From positions 3,968,001 through 4,032,000 of the forward strand of contig CBDFJF010000002.1 in NCBI GenBank assembly GCA_965248265.1: DNA of 64,000 bases, written 5' to 3'. Made by a program: the position numbers and the translations under genes. The notes beneath the pieces are model-generated. The model was not told where the DNA came from. It worked only from the letters and a program-made list of their open reading frames with translations, and ran no database searches. Shown in pieces: positions 27,970-37,314 of the stretch (position 1 is the stretch's first letter; each line of letters begins with the position of its first letter). The stretch comes from Candidatus Latescibacterota bacterium. GTDB lineage: Bacteria > Latescibacterota > UBA2968 > UBA8231.

Positions 27970-28545
27970 CTAGTGGTCGGATGGCAGCGATTCCCATCCA
28001 GGTGGCAGAATCACCAGAGCCGCGCCGTCAGACAGGGTGTTATACAGCGCGCGCAAATCGGCGGGCCCGATGCGCAGCGAGGGTGGACGCGGATTACCGC
28101 GCTTGGATGAGGCGTGGATGAGCAGGCCGGTCGCAAAGTGGAGAGCACAAAACTCATCGGCATCGGAGACCAGGTACTGTTCCCAATCGAAGGGGCTCGA
28201 CGGCAACGGCGCGTAGGCGTGACTGAGCCTATAATGGCGAACATGAAGGGTCAGCCGGTCCTCGACGGAGTCAACCTCACCAATTTCGTCGAGGGCAATC
28301 GAGCAAACGCGCAGCAATGCCCGGTCCTGATGCAAGCGCAATTGCCCGGCTTCCCTGTCATAGGTCAGGAAGCTGTTCCCCGAGTCGATCTGGCGTAGAA
28401 CACTTCGCAATGCCGCATTGATCTGTTCCTGCTTCTCTTGCGGCGTTGATGACGAAGCCGGGGAGGAAGTGGACGTGTGAAATACCGTTGCCGACAGCAG
28501 CAGCGATATCCGCAGCAGGGGGCTCAATAGATATAAATGGGCCAT
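27970..28545 (-). CDS. Exported hypothetical protein, degenerate L,D-transpeptidase-like
   Basis: Signal peptide; C-terminus LLIHASS...PPSLRIGPADLRALY aligns by eye to YkuD IHG...HGCVRV..DDLRYLY without the His/Cys. Confidence 0.55.
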   Translation of the reverse strand: MAHLYLLSPLLRISLLLSATVFHTSTSSPASSSTPQEKQEQINAALRSVLRQIDSGNSFLTYDREAGQLRLHQDRALLRVCSIALDEIGEVDSVEDRLTLHVRHYRLSHAYAPLPSSPFDWEQYLVSDADEFCALHFATGLLIHASSKRGNPRPPSLRIGPADLRALYNTLSDGAALVILPPGWESLPSDH

Positions 28546-29204
28546 CCCACCTTGGCCTCATCGTAGAGATAACGCAGATCATCCGAGCCTACCCGCACGC
28601 ACCCGTGGGTCATGTTCCTGCCGAGATTGACCTCGTAGAGCGTCCCGTGAATCATGTAATCCTTCGCGAAGTACAGGGCGTACTCCCCCAGGACGGCAGG
28701 TTGGAAGCGCCGCGGATCTTCCCCGAAAATGGGAACCTCTTCACCGGCCTCGATAAACTGCCAGACCGGCTTGACCCAAATCGGGTCCTCCACCTTGTCG
28801 ATAACGGCAAAGCGACCCCGGGGCGTGGCAAAGTGCCAGCGTTGGTTTTGGCCCGGTTTGGGCCCCTCGAAACGTCGCCCCGCGCCCGTCGAACACACCA
28901 CGTCGCGCGAAATCTCGCCATCCCCGGAGCGCACCTGCAGTCGATTATTGTGGGTATCGATGACGATGTAGGACGAGGGTTGGGCCGCCTGTCGCAACCG
29001 GCCCAACAACTCGGCGTGTTCAGCTCGAAGCGACTGGAGCGCCTCGGTGGTGGCGACGGCGGGTCGGTCCGCCATTATGATCATGGAGGCCGTGGCAACT
29101 ACCAGGAGGCACCTGGCCAGGATGCACCTGGATAGCAGCAGCACAGGCAAAAAAAAGACGGCCGGTGTAGCGCTACCCCGACCGTCTCCTAACTTCACAC
29201 CCAT
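28524..29204 (-). CDS. L,D-transpeptidase (YkuD family)
   Basis: CSTG, TPRGRF, PIWVKP, MIHGT...MTHGCVRV. Confidence 0.92.
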   Translation of the reverse strand: MGVKLGDGRGSATPAVFFLPVLLLSRCILARCLLVVATASMIIMADRPAVATTEALQSLRAEHAELLGRLRQAAQPSSYIVIDTHNNRLQVRSGDGEISRDVVCSTGAGRRFEGPKPGQNQRWHFATPRGRFAVIDKVEDPIWVKPVWQFIEAGEEVPIFGEDPRRFQPAVLGEYALYFAKDYMIHGTLYEVNLGRNMTHGCVRVGSDDLRYLYDEAKVGWPIYIY

Positions 29205-29212
29205 ACTGCCTG

Positions 29213-29836
29213 CTACATCCTCATGTACCAGGGCGTATTCTTTTCGACCAACTCATGATAGCGAGCCACAGCCTGATCCACTCCGCTGGAAACACCGCTG
29301 GCCTTGGCCGCAGCAGCCTTGGCTCCGGAGCTGGCAGCACCGAAATCCTCTCGGCTCGCCGCTGAACGTGCGGCGCTTAGAGCGGCGCCGGCGGCGTCAA
29401 GGTCGGCACCAAGCTGTTCCATGTCACCCTCAGTACCTTTGCCCGATGGTGCGCCACTGAGACTGGCGCGCGCCTTGGACACGGCGGCATCAGCGCTGGC
29501 GATTGCCGACTCGGCATCGCTCTTGGCGCGGCCCTTCGCCTTCGTCGCCGTGGATTTCGCTTGATCGGCTTTGTTTTTCGCATCGCTGATCAAAGGCTTA
29601 ACCGAGTCCCAGTCCTTGAACAACTTGCCATCCTGCTCTTTGTAGGCTCCATCCGCCTTGTTGTAGGCGCCTTCGGCCGAAGACAGTTCGGAGCTGGCGT
29701 ACTTGCCGGCGTCAGCTGACTTGGCGGCCTGAAGGGCCGCACTGGCCGCGTCCAACTCGGCCTTGGGCGGCTCGCCGCCGCAACCGACCGTGATTGCTGC
29801 ACCCAGCAGCGCGAGCAGCGTTACGCGCATTTTCAT
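29213..29836 (-). CDS. Ala/Lys-rich helical lipoprotein (DUF4398-like)
   Basis: Lipobox ITVGC, EPPKAELDAA..A...A..YAS, APSGKG. Confidence 0.78.
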   Translation of the reverse strand: MKMRVTLLALLGAAITVGCGGEPPKAELDAASAALQAAKSADAGKYASSELSSAEGAYNKADGAYKEQDGKLFKDWDSVKPLISDAKNKADQAKSTATKAKGRAKSDAESAIASADAAVSKARASLSGAPSGKGTEGDMEQLGADLDAAGAALSAARSAASREDFGAASSGAKAAAAKASGVSSGVDQAVARYHELVEKNTPWYMRM

Positions 29837-29920
29837 CGTGGTGACCTCCAACCCGGTTATTAGTGACCATGGCTCCCTATGATCGGTTCCCCATGATCGT
29901 GCCCTAACTAGAATAAAAAC

Positions 29921-29950
29921 AATCTAAAACCTGAGCCAATCTGTTGTCAA
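29921..29950 (-). promoter_or_regulatory. sigma70-type promoter of the lipoprotein/L,D-transpeptidase operon
   Basis: Minus strand TTGACA-N18-TAGATT. Confidence 0.5.
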
Positions 29951-29963
29951 GGGATTTCGACCC

Positions 29964-30269
29964 TCAGCTGCTGAGACCAGGAGAGTTCGGGTCGTTTCTG
30001 TGGCGAGCCGTCTCCTCCTGAACCTCCTCATGGATCTCCTGGTATTCTCGTTGCAGGCGCTGCAACTCCTCCTTTGCCGGTCCGATCTCGCCTCGGGCAT
30101 GCCCCAATTCGGCCTCGGCTTCTTCGATTCTGTTGCGCAGATCCGCCTTCGTCTTCTCGATGCGATCGATCCGCGGCTCGATCACTTTCTTGTACTTCAC
30201 GTAATCGACGACCACCTGCACGCCGAAGAAGACACACCCAACCGCCAATAATGCAATGACCCATTCCAT
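29964..30269 (-). CDS. Membrane-anchored coiled-coil protein
   Basis: N-terminal TM helix followed by a charged heptad-rich region. Confidence 0.7.
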   Translation of the reverse strand: MEWVIALLAVGCVFFGVQVVVDYVKYKKVIEPRIDRIEKTKADLRNRIEEAEAELGHARGEIGPAKEELQRLQREYQEIHEEVQEETARHRNDPNSPGLSS

Positions 30270-30283
30270 GGATTTTTCTTCGT

Positions 30284-30502
30284 TTACCTCAACTCGGGAG
30301 GCCCATCATCCACTTCTTCGACCCCGCCGTAGTCCTCATCTTCGGCACCCGGCACGTCATATATCCAACCGCATTCGGGGCACAGCGGTTCTTCCGCCTC
30401 CCTGACTGTGAAGCACTCCGGACATCGTGGACGTTTCGGAACCAGATATTTCAGCACCACGGCCGCCAGAATCACGACGGCAAATAAGATGGTCAGGAGC
30501 AT
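30284..30502 (-). CDS. Small membrane-anchored zinc-ribbon protein
   Basis: TM helix, then CPEC-x9-CPEC and an acidic tail. Confidence 0.7.
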   Translation of the reverse strand: MLLTILFAVVILAAVVLKYLVPKRPRCPECFTVREAEEPLCPECGWIYDVPGAEDEDYGGVEEVDDGPPELR

Positions 30503-30509
30503 TCACAAA

Positions 30510-30956
30510 TCACTGCCCGCGCGCCAACTGCAAAATGCGCTCGTCCGCCTCGCGTAGTCGTATCGAAAGGCTGCGAGAGATATTCAGGATCATCGTCATC
30601 TGGACGCGAGGCGAGCGCGTGAAGAAGGTGGTGAGTTCCTTCTTGGGAAACGCCAGAACACGGGAATCGCACTCGGCGCGGATATCCGCAGATCTCGGTA
30701 GAATATCGATCAGCGACATCTCGCCGAAAAAGTCCCCTGGCTGGTTCAAGACGGCCAGCAACACCGAGTTGCCACCATCCTGTTTCTCCACCCTGACCGC
30801 CCCCTCCTCCAGAATGAACAGGCAGTCGCTGCTGGTACCCTCCTCGACGACCAGATGACCTGCCCCATACGAGCGCGGCTCGCCGATGCCGATGAGGTCG
30901 GCGGCCTCTTCATCGGTCAATCCCACCAACAGCGGTGAATCGCGTTCGAGTCCCAT
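30510..30956 (-). CDS. Stand-alone cyclic-nucleotide-binding domain protein
   Basis: LFILEEGAVRV, PGDFFGEMSLIDILPRSAD; no HTH. Confidence 0.88.
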   Translation of the reverse strand: MGLERDSPLLVGLTDEEAADLIGIGEPRSYGAGHLVVEEGTSSDCLFILEEGAVRVEKQDGGNSVLLAVLNQPGDFFGEMSLIDILPRSADIRAECDSRVLAFPKKELTTFFTRSPRVQMTMILNISRSLSIRLREADERILQLARGQ

Positions 30957-31059
30957 CCTGACCCATCTCAATCGTCTAACATGAACCGACGTATCTCGTT
31001 GTCCTCTCGCAATATAGCCGCTCAATCCGAAATTGGTCAAGGACTGCGAGCATGGGTGC

Positions 31060-31926
31060 CTACTGTGCCGAATTGACCCCCTCGCGTCTCTTTTGGGCCT
31101 TCTTGATGCTCCGCCGCCGACTCCACCGACCTCTTTTCACCCGACGGCGACGACCCAGGGGTGGTTGTACCAACCCTTCATCCTCCAGATCTTCGAGGAC
31201 ATGGTTCAGCCGGTCCGGGTAGTTGGTGATGATGCCGTGGATGCCCATCTGAACCAGATCACGCATGGCGATCTCCTCGTTTACCGTCCACGTCCAGACC
31301 GAGAGCGCTCTGCGGCGCATCTCCTCGAGCAACGCCGGCGTGACCACGTTGTGCCACAGACCGATGGAATTGGCGCCGATGGCCAGCACGTCGCGGACCA
31401 TCCGGCGAGCACGGACGCGCGACGGGGTCGTCGGCAGGTTTCCCATCAGCAAGGCTGTGGGAATGGATGGTTCGAGCAGCTTGATGCGCTTGATCGTCTG
31501 CTGATTGAAGGACTGGATGACGACCTGAGAAACAGCGTCCATCTCAACTATGGTCTGCAGAACTCTCTCGGCCAGGTAGTCGGCCTTGATCTCGACCAAG
31601 ACCAGAGCCCGGTGGCGTGCCAGGTCCAACACCTCATCGAGAGTGGGCACGCGCTCATTCTTGAACTGACCTCCACACCAGGAACCGGCGTCGGCCTCTC
31701 TGATCTCGTCGAAGGTCAGCTCCCTGACAACGCCGAAGCGATCCGTGGTCCGATCCAGGGTCGCGTCGTGAATGACGATGATGCGATTGTCCAGGGTCGC
31801 ATGCACATCGACCTCGAGCACATCGACGCCGATCTGGATCGCCTTCTCGAAAGCAGCCAGCGTGTTTTCGGGGGCGAGGCCATCCCCCGAGGCCCCACGG
31901 TGAGCTATGCGGACTGGGTGAATCAC
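31060..31926 (-). CDS. Glycerophosphodiester phosphodiesterase
   Basis: IAHRGASG..PENTLAAF, EVDVH, HDATLDRTT, VEIK, WTVN, IITNYP. GTG start placed right after the apgM stop. Confidence 0.92.
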   Translation of the reverse strand: MIHPVRIAHRGASGDGLAPENTLAAFEKAIQIGVDVLEVDVHATLDNRIIVIHDATLDRTTDRFGVVRELTFDEIREADAGSWCGGQFKNERVPTLDEVLDLARHRALVLVEIKADYLAERVLQTIVEMDAVSQVVIQSFNQQTIKRIKLLEPSIPTALLMGNLPTTPSRVRARRMVRDVLAIGANSIGLWHNVVTPALLEEMRRRALSVWTWTVNEEIAMRDLVQMGIHGIITNYPDRLNHVLEDLEDEGLVQPPLGRRRRVKRGRWSRRRSIKKAQKRREGVNSAQ

Positions 31927-31927
31927 C

Positions 31928-33142
31928 TCAAGCTCCGAATTTCTGCAGGCGTCGGGCATGGGCCAAGGCCAACGCCATCAACGAGGTGGAAGGTAATTGC
32001 CCGATGCTTCCCAACGCACAGGACCTCTCCGTGAACTTTGAAGCAGCGGCAATGGGTATGCTCCAGGGACTGGAAATGACGACGGGCACCGGATGCCAGC
32101 TGTGACCGCCCATGATCGCCGGGGTCGAGTGATCGCCCGTCACGATGAGGACACCCGGGTCGAGTTTCTCCAGCTGTGCGACCCAATCGTCGACCTCCTG
32201 CAGAAGAGAAACCTTGCGCGCGAAGTCGCCGTCCTCGGCAGCGCTGTCCGGAGCCTTTACGTGCAGGTAGAAGAAATCGAACGCTTCCCAACTGTCGCGC
32301 AAAACACGCAGCTGTGAGTCCAGATCCTGGCCTTCGTCAGTGATTTCCATGCCCACCGCGCGCGCGACCCCGCGATACATCGGATACACAGCGATGGCCT
32401 GGGCCCTCAGACCGTACACTTCCCTCATCTGAGGCAGTTTAGGGTACCCCCCAAAGCCTCGGATCAGCACCATGTTGGCAGGTTGCTCGCGGTGGAGAAG
32501 TTGCCGGGCTTGGCCCTCAAACTCAGTGGCCACCTTCGCCATTTTGACGTCCTTATGCGTTCGTGGCTCTAGCGCTCGCGGCGCCACACCGGTGACTTGA
32601 GGGTCGGAGTCCGAGACCCCGTCGGACAAGCCCTCTCCGCGAAAAACAACTGCTGCGCGGTACTCGCGCTCGGGCATGACTGAGAGTTCAACACCGTCGA
32701 CTTTGATTCCGCCCAATAACTCGCACAACCTCTCACATTCGTCTGTAGGGATGCGGCCAGCACGCCGGTCCGTAACCAGACCCGTGGCATCGACCGTACA
32801 AAAATTGAGCCGCGCAGCGACATCTCCGGGAGCGAAAGACAGCCGGAGACCGAGCGCAGACAAGGCGCCTCTACCGATAACGTTTTTCCACGGATCGTAG
32901 CCAAACAAAGCCAGATGAGCGGGTCCACTACCCGGGGTCACGCCTGGGGCCATCGGGGACAACAGGCCACAGCTTCCCGCCTGGGCGAGCCGATCCAGAT
33001 TGGGCACAGCTGCGGTCTCCAGTTCAGACAGCCCGGTTTCGGGATGCGGAAGTCCACCGAGGCCGTCCACGATGACGAGAACGATCTTGATATTGCTCTC
33101 GGCAACGATGAGACCGCGGGCATACTCCGAACTCGTCATCAC
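31928..33142 (-). CDS. apgM: 2,3-bisphosphoglycerate-independent phosphoglycerate mutase (ApgM/archaeal type)
   Basis: VDGLGG, PGSGPAHLALFGYDP, DRRAGRI, YPMYRG, TGDHSTP, HSWHPVP. Confidence 0.92.
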   Translation of the reverse strand: MMTSSEYARGLIVAESNIKIVLVIVDGLGGLPHPETGLSELETAAVPNLDRLAQAGSCGLLSPMAPGVTPGSGPAHLALFGYDPWKNVIGRGALSALGLRLSFAPGDVAARLNFCTVDATGLVTDRRAGRIPTDECERLCELLGGIKVDGVELSVMPEREYRAAVVFRGEGLSDGVSDSDPQVTGVAPRALEPRTHKDVKMAKVATEFEGQARQLLHREQPANMVLIRGFGGYPKLPQMREVYGLRAQAIAVYPMYRGVARAVGMEITDEGQDLDSQLRVLRDSWEAFDFFYLHVKAPDSAAEDGDFARKVSLLQEVDDWVAQLEKLDPGVLIVTGDHSTPAIMGGHSWHPVPVVISSPWSIPIAAASKFTERSCALGSIGQLPSTSLMALALAHARRLQKFGA

Positions 33143-34896
33143 TGACCCGTCGTGACCGCGACGTCGCTGGCCGTGTGGCGTACGAAGAGAGGCAGTTCAC
33201 CCTCGGGGGGTTCCGGATGGCTGCCGGACGTCACGTACAGGTCTCTGATCAACATCTGAGCGGCATCGAACCCCGCGAAGGTATCGGTTTCCAGTTCAAA
33301 AGCTGCGTTGACAACATCTCCTACGGCTAACTCATTCGCCAGCTCGCCCTTGCGCCACCACATCGCATTCGTGGAGTGGCTGCCTGTGCGCAGCGCCAGC
33401 TTGAGATGCTCCCCTTTCTGTCCAACCTGCTTGCAGCTTACGATCTGCAGATCTGCAGTAGTGAACAGCGGGGCGTCGTGTCCCTTGCCGAATGGCTCCA
33501 ACCTGGCCATTTCAGCCACCGTTGTGGGCGCGATGTCCTCCGGACGCAGCAACAGATCGATGCGCAATTCCGGCTCCAGATCCTGCTCTGTCAGCCGAGC
33601 GTTGGCATGGTCGATCAGGCACGCGCGAAACTCCTCGAAGCGTTCAGCCTGGAGCGAAAACCCCGCAGCTGCCGGGTGGCCACCGTAGGTCTGCAGGTAA
33701 TCGGAGCAAGCATCGATGCCCTCCACTATGTCATAGGCCTCGATACTTCTCGCCGACCCCACGTAGGTGCCGTCCCTCCTGGCACCGGTACATATCACCG
33801 CTGGGCGGGCATGTAACTCGGCCAGAGAGCCGGCGATCAAGCCGATAACGCCGAGGTGCCAGTCTTCTCCCAGCACCACCAGCAACCGGTCGGACTCCAG
33901 ATCGGATTCAGACAGGGTAGAAGTCGCCTCTCTTGCTCCCTCTCGCTGCAACTGACGCCGCTGGCCATTCAAGCGCTCGAGTTCACCGCTGAGTTGTGCT
34001 CCCTGAGTCGCATCGGTACAGCGCAGCAGGTCGAGGGCCAAATCGGGGGAGGCCAGTCTTCCGGCTGAATTCAGTCGTGGGCCCAGGTAGAAGCCGATGG
34101 CGCCGGTTTTGAGCGGACCGCGATTGCACTTGGCCACAGTCTTGAGGCAACACAGGCCAATTCGCTCAGTCTGCTCCAGGGCTTTTATTCCTCGCCTGAT
34201 GAGAATCCGGTTTTCATCGAACACCGGGGCGAGATCGGCGACGGTGCCAAGCGCCACCAGATCCAGCAGCCCGTTGAGATATCGCCGTCTTTCATCACCT
34301 GACATAAAACGGCTGGACGCCGCCTGAACCACCTTGAACGTTACTCCCACTCCGGCCAGACCCTTGAAGGGATAGCTGCAGTCCTTGCGATTGGGATTGA
34401 CGACGCTGTGAGCAGGCGGCAGATCGCCTGTCTGCTGATGATGGTCGATGACGATGACATCCAGCCCTTCTTGCCGCGCCAGTGCCAGCGACTCGTGCGC
34501 GGAAATTCCGTTGTCTACCGTTATCAACAGGGCCGCCCCAGCTGCCAGGGCGCGGTGAATTCCAGCTACGCGAACGCCGTATCCGTCACTGAATCGATTG
34601 GGGAGAATGTGGCCGCAGTCTGCCCCTACCCGCTCCAGAAAGTCCAACATGAGCGTCGTGCTGGTGACCCCATCAACATCGTAGTCGCCGTACACGATGA
34701 TGCGCTCGCCATCGTTTACTGCTTGGACAATGCGGTCAACAGCCCCATCCATGCCGGCAAGCAGCTGCGGCGAATGCAGTCCGTCCGGGTTTGTGGCCAG
34801 GTCATCGGCCGTCAGTTGTCGGCTACTCAGTAACGCCTCGTAGACCGATTCGTAGGAGGCATCGTAGGCGACATGCCAGACGGGATATAAGCGCAT
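33139..34896 (-). CDS. recJ: ssDNA-specific exonuclease RecJ
   Basis: YGDYDVDG, TVDNG, IDHH, LGTVAD, PRLNSAGR, GSARS, GGHPAAAG. Confidence 0.96.
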   Translation of the reverse strand: MRLYPVWHVAYDASYESVYEALLSSRQLTADDLATNPDGLHSPQLLAGMDGAVDRIVQAVNDGERIIVYGDYDVDGVTSTTLMLDFLERVGADCGHILPNRFSDGYGVRVAGIHRALAAGAALLITVDNGISAHESLALARQEGLDVIVIDHHQQTGDLPPAHSVVNPNRKDCSYPFKGLAGVGVTFKVVQAASSRFMSGDERRRYLNGLLDLVALGTVADLAPVFDENRILIRRGIKALEQTERIGLCCLKTVAKCNRGPLKTGAIGFYLGPRLNSAGRLASPDLALDLLRCTDATQGAQLSGELERLNGQRRQLQREGAREATSTLSESDLESDRLLVVLGEDWHLGVIGLIAGSLAELHARPAVICTGARRDGTYVGSARSIEAYDIVEGIDACSDYLQTYGGHPAAAGFSLQAERFEEFRACLIDHANARLTEQDLEPELRIDLLLRPEDIAPTTVAEMARLEPFGKGHDAPLFTTADLQIVSCKQVGQKGEHLKLALRTGSHSTNAMWWRKGELANELAVGDVVNAAFELETDTFAGFDAAQMLIRDLYVTSGSHPEPPEGELPLFVRHTASDVAVTTGQ

Positions 34897-34994
34897 GGCT
34901 TGGCTCGATTCCGGGGAGGAAGACGAGTTGTGCATCTGAAGCGGGGGAGGAGAAGTGCGTGCGGCCGACACAAGAGCTCTTGCCGGGCGCGCTC

Positions 34995-35022
34995 AATATA
35001 TACGGGCTGGACCGAGGGTCAA
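34995..35022 (-). promoter_or_regulatory. sigma70-type promoter for recJ operon
   Basis: Minus strand TTGACC-N16-TATATT. Confidence 0.45.
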
Positions 35023-35123
35023 GCTGCCAGCGTAGCCAATCCAGTTTAACTTACCCCTCACTCATTTCTGACCATTTCCCTGCACCGGCGATCACGGCCG
35101 CTTAAAGCCCTGGCATCAAGGCC

Positions 35124-36497
35124 ATGGATCTGCCTCGCGAAACTGCGCTTCGAATACTTACCGACATCGAGGACCGACAGGTCCAGCTCGAGCTGACCAT
35201 GGACCGGTTGGAGGACGGACCACTCGACGAGCGTGACCGCAGGTTCATCCGCCAGCTGGTCTACGGCTGCCTCACCTGGCGCAGCCGGCTTGACTGGATA
35301 GCGCAGGCATTCTCCAAACGTCCGGTCAATCGTATTGATGCTGTGGCCAGACAGGCCCTGCGCATGGGCGTGTATCAGCTCCTTTGGCTGGACCGCGTAC
35401 CTCCCAGAGCCGCCGTGCATTCAACCGTGGAACTGGCCAAGAAACTCGGGCACCGTGGACTGGGCGCCTTCGTGAACGCGGTGCTGCGCCGGGTGGCCGA
35501 GAATGGCGAAGCCGTGGTCTATCCTGAGCGTTCAAACGACCTGGTCCAGTACCTGTCGATCTATTATTCTCATCCGTCCTGGATGGTTGAACGCTGGCTG
35601 TCGCGCTGGGGGGCCGAACGCACCGAGGCGTTGCTCAGTGCCAACAATCACCAGCCTGCCATCTACGTGCGTCGCAACACCCTCGAGAGCACAGGCGTTC
35701 CGGAAGGCGATTCCCCGATCGCTTCCCTCGAAGCGCTGGGACCGTTGGCCGATTGCTACGAGCTCGACGATCCATCCAGCGTCTTCCAGTCCACGGCATT
35801 TCGCTCAGGGCAGCTGTTTGTTCAGGATGTCAACGCGGGCCTGGCTGCCGCGCTGTTGCAGCCGCAGCCAGGGGAGACCGTCCTGGATGTGTGTAGCGCC
35901 CCCGGGGGGAAGATGGCGCAGATGGCCATGTTGATGGAGGGACAGGGGCGGATCGTGGCCTGTGACCGCTCTTCAGCCAGACTCCGGCGCGTGCGCGAAA
36001 ACACGGCGCGCCTGGACCTTCCCGGTATCACCAGATTGGTAGAGGACGCACGCCTGCCGAGCATCCTTGCCCCACCCACCGGATGGCGAACACGGCCAGC
36101 ACCAGGCGTGAATCAGCAAGTGGCAGACGGCTTCGATCGTGTCCTCGTTGACGCCCCGTGCAGCAGCACAGGTGTGTTGCGACGCCGGCCCGATGCACGA
36201 TGGCGAAGTCGCGCCCCGCAAGCCATATTCGAACAGGCTGACGTCCAGCTCGAAATCCTGCGATCTGCCTACGTCCGGACGCGCCCTGGTGGCACGGTCG
36301 TCTACAGCACGTGCACTCTCGAGTTCGAAGAAAACGAAGGCCTGATCGAGCGCTTTCTCGAAATCACCCCGGGAGCCGAGGTGGAGCGCGCTGACCAATT
36401 TTTCACACCCGCCGCCTGGTGCGACAGATACATTCAAACCCTGCCCGGCCGCGAGGCCGGCGATGGCTGCTTCGCCGCACGCATTCGCAAGGAATAA
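35124..36497 (+). CDS. rsmB: 16S rRNA m5C967 methyltransferase
   Basis: NusB-like N-terminus, VNAVLR, SHPSW, VQD, DVCSAPGGK, VDAPCSSTG, YSTCT. Confidence 0.95.
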   Translation: MDLPRETALRILTDIEDRQVQLELTMDRLEDGPLDERDRRFIRQLVYGCLTWRSRLDWIAQAFSKRPVNRIDAVARQALRMGVYQLLWLDRVPPRAAVHSTVELAKKLGHRGLGAFVNAVLRRVAENGEAVVYPERSNDLVQYLSIYYSHPSWMVERWLSRWGAERTEALLSANNHQPAIYVRRNTLESTGVPEGDSPIASLEALGPLADCYELDDPSSVFQSTAFRSGQLFVQDVNAGLAAALLQPQPGETVLDVCSAPGGKMAQMAMLMEGQGRIVACDRSSARLRRVRENTARLDLPGITRLVEDARLPSILAPPTGWRTRPAPGVNQQVADGFDRVLVDAPCSSTGVLRRRPDARWRSRAPQAIFEQADVQLEILRSAYVRTRPGGTVVYSTCTLEFEENEGLIERFLEITPGAEVERADQFFTPAAWCDRYIQTLPGREAGDGCFAARIRKE

Positions 36498-36505
36498 GGC
36501 AGAGG

Positions 36506-37243
36506 ATGAAGACGGTGCGTGTGATGGTTCTGGTGATCCTGACTGCCGTGGGCAGCCTCATGCTGTTTTTCGCCCTTCTTGACGGTGTGATCATGCCCTA
36601 CATCGTCAAAGTGGATCGAGTTAAAGTGCCCGACATACGTAGCCGTGGAATGGCCGAAACGGAGGCCTACTTGAAGCGCGTCGGGTTGCGAGTCGCCACC
36701 ACGGACAGCGTGTTTCACGATCGCCTTCCCGTCGGCACCATCGTCGAGCAGGATCCCGCCCCACGCAAGTACATCAAAAAAGGACGGCGGGTGTTCGTCC
36801 GTGTCAGCAAGGGGCGGAGATTGTACGAGGTTCCCCAGCTGATCGGCGTTGGCGAACGAGACGCGTACCTGCAGTTGCAGACCCAGAAGCTGAGGATCGG
36901 AAGGATATACTTTGTGTCTTCCGCATCAGCTCCTCCCGGTGCCGTGATCCGGCATCAACCGCCGGCCTTCACCCGCCTGCAACCAGGCGAGCGGGTGGAC
37001 CTGGAAATCAGTAGCGGCTCGCCATTGGATCCCAAGCGCGTTCCAAGCTTGCTCGGCCTGGATATCGGCGTGGTGGAAGACTCACTCGCCAAGTATGAGA
37101 TGAGTCCCGGGGAGATCAACGAGAGGCTGGATCTGGGTTCGCCACCGGGCGTGGTGCTGTCCCAGAATCCGAGACCCGGATCCCTGCAAATGCGAAACAC
37201 CAAGATCAATCTCGTCATCAGCGTCGGCAGTGCAACCCCTTAG
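36506..37243 (+). CDS. PASTA-domain membrane protein
   Basis: TM helix plus three PASTA repeats (VPDI..QDP, VPQL..HQP, VPSL..QNP). Confidence 0.9.
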   Translation: MKTVRVMVLVILTAVGSLMLFFALLDGVIMPYIVKVDRVKVPDIRSRGMAETEAYLKRVGLRVATTDSVFHDRLPVGTIVEQDPAPRKYIKKGRRVFVRVSKGRRLYEVPQLIGVGERDAYLQLQTQKLRIGRIYFVSSASAPPGAVIRHQPPAFTRLQPGERVDLEISSGSPLDPKRVPSLLGLDIGVVEDSLAKYEMSPGEINERLDLGSPPGVVLSQNPRPGSLQMRNTKINLVISVGSATP

Positions 37244-37314
37244 GTAAACAACGCAATACATTGTCTCGCAATTAATTACTATAGTTGATCACTATCAATT
37301 GATGGGGAAAGAGA

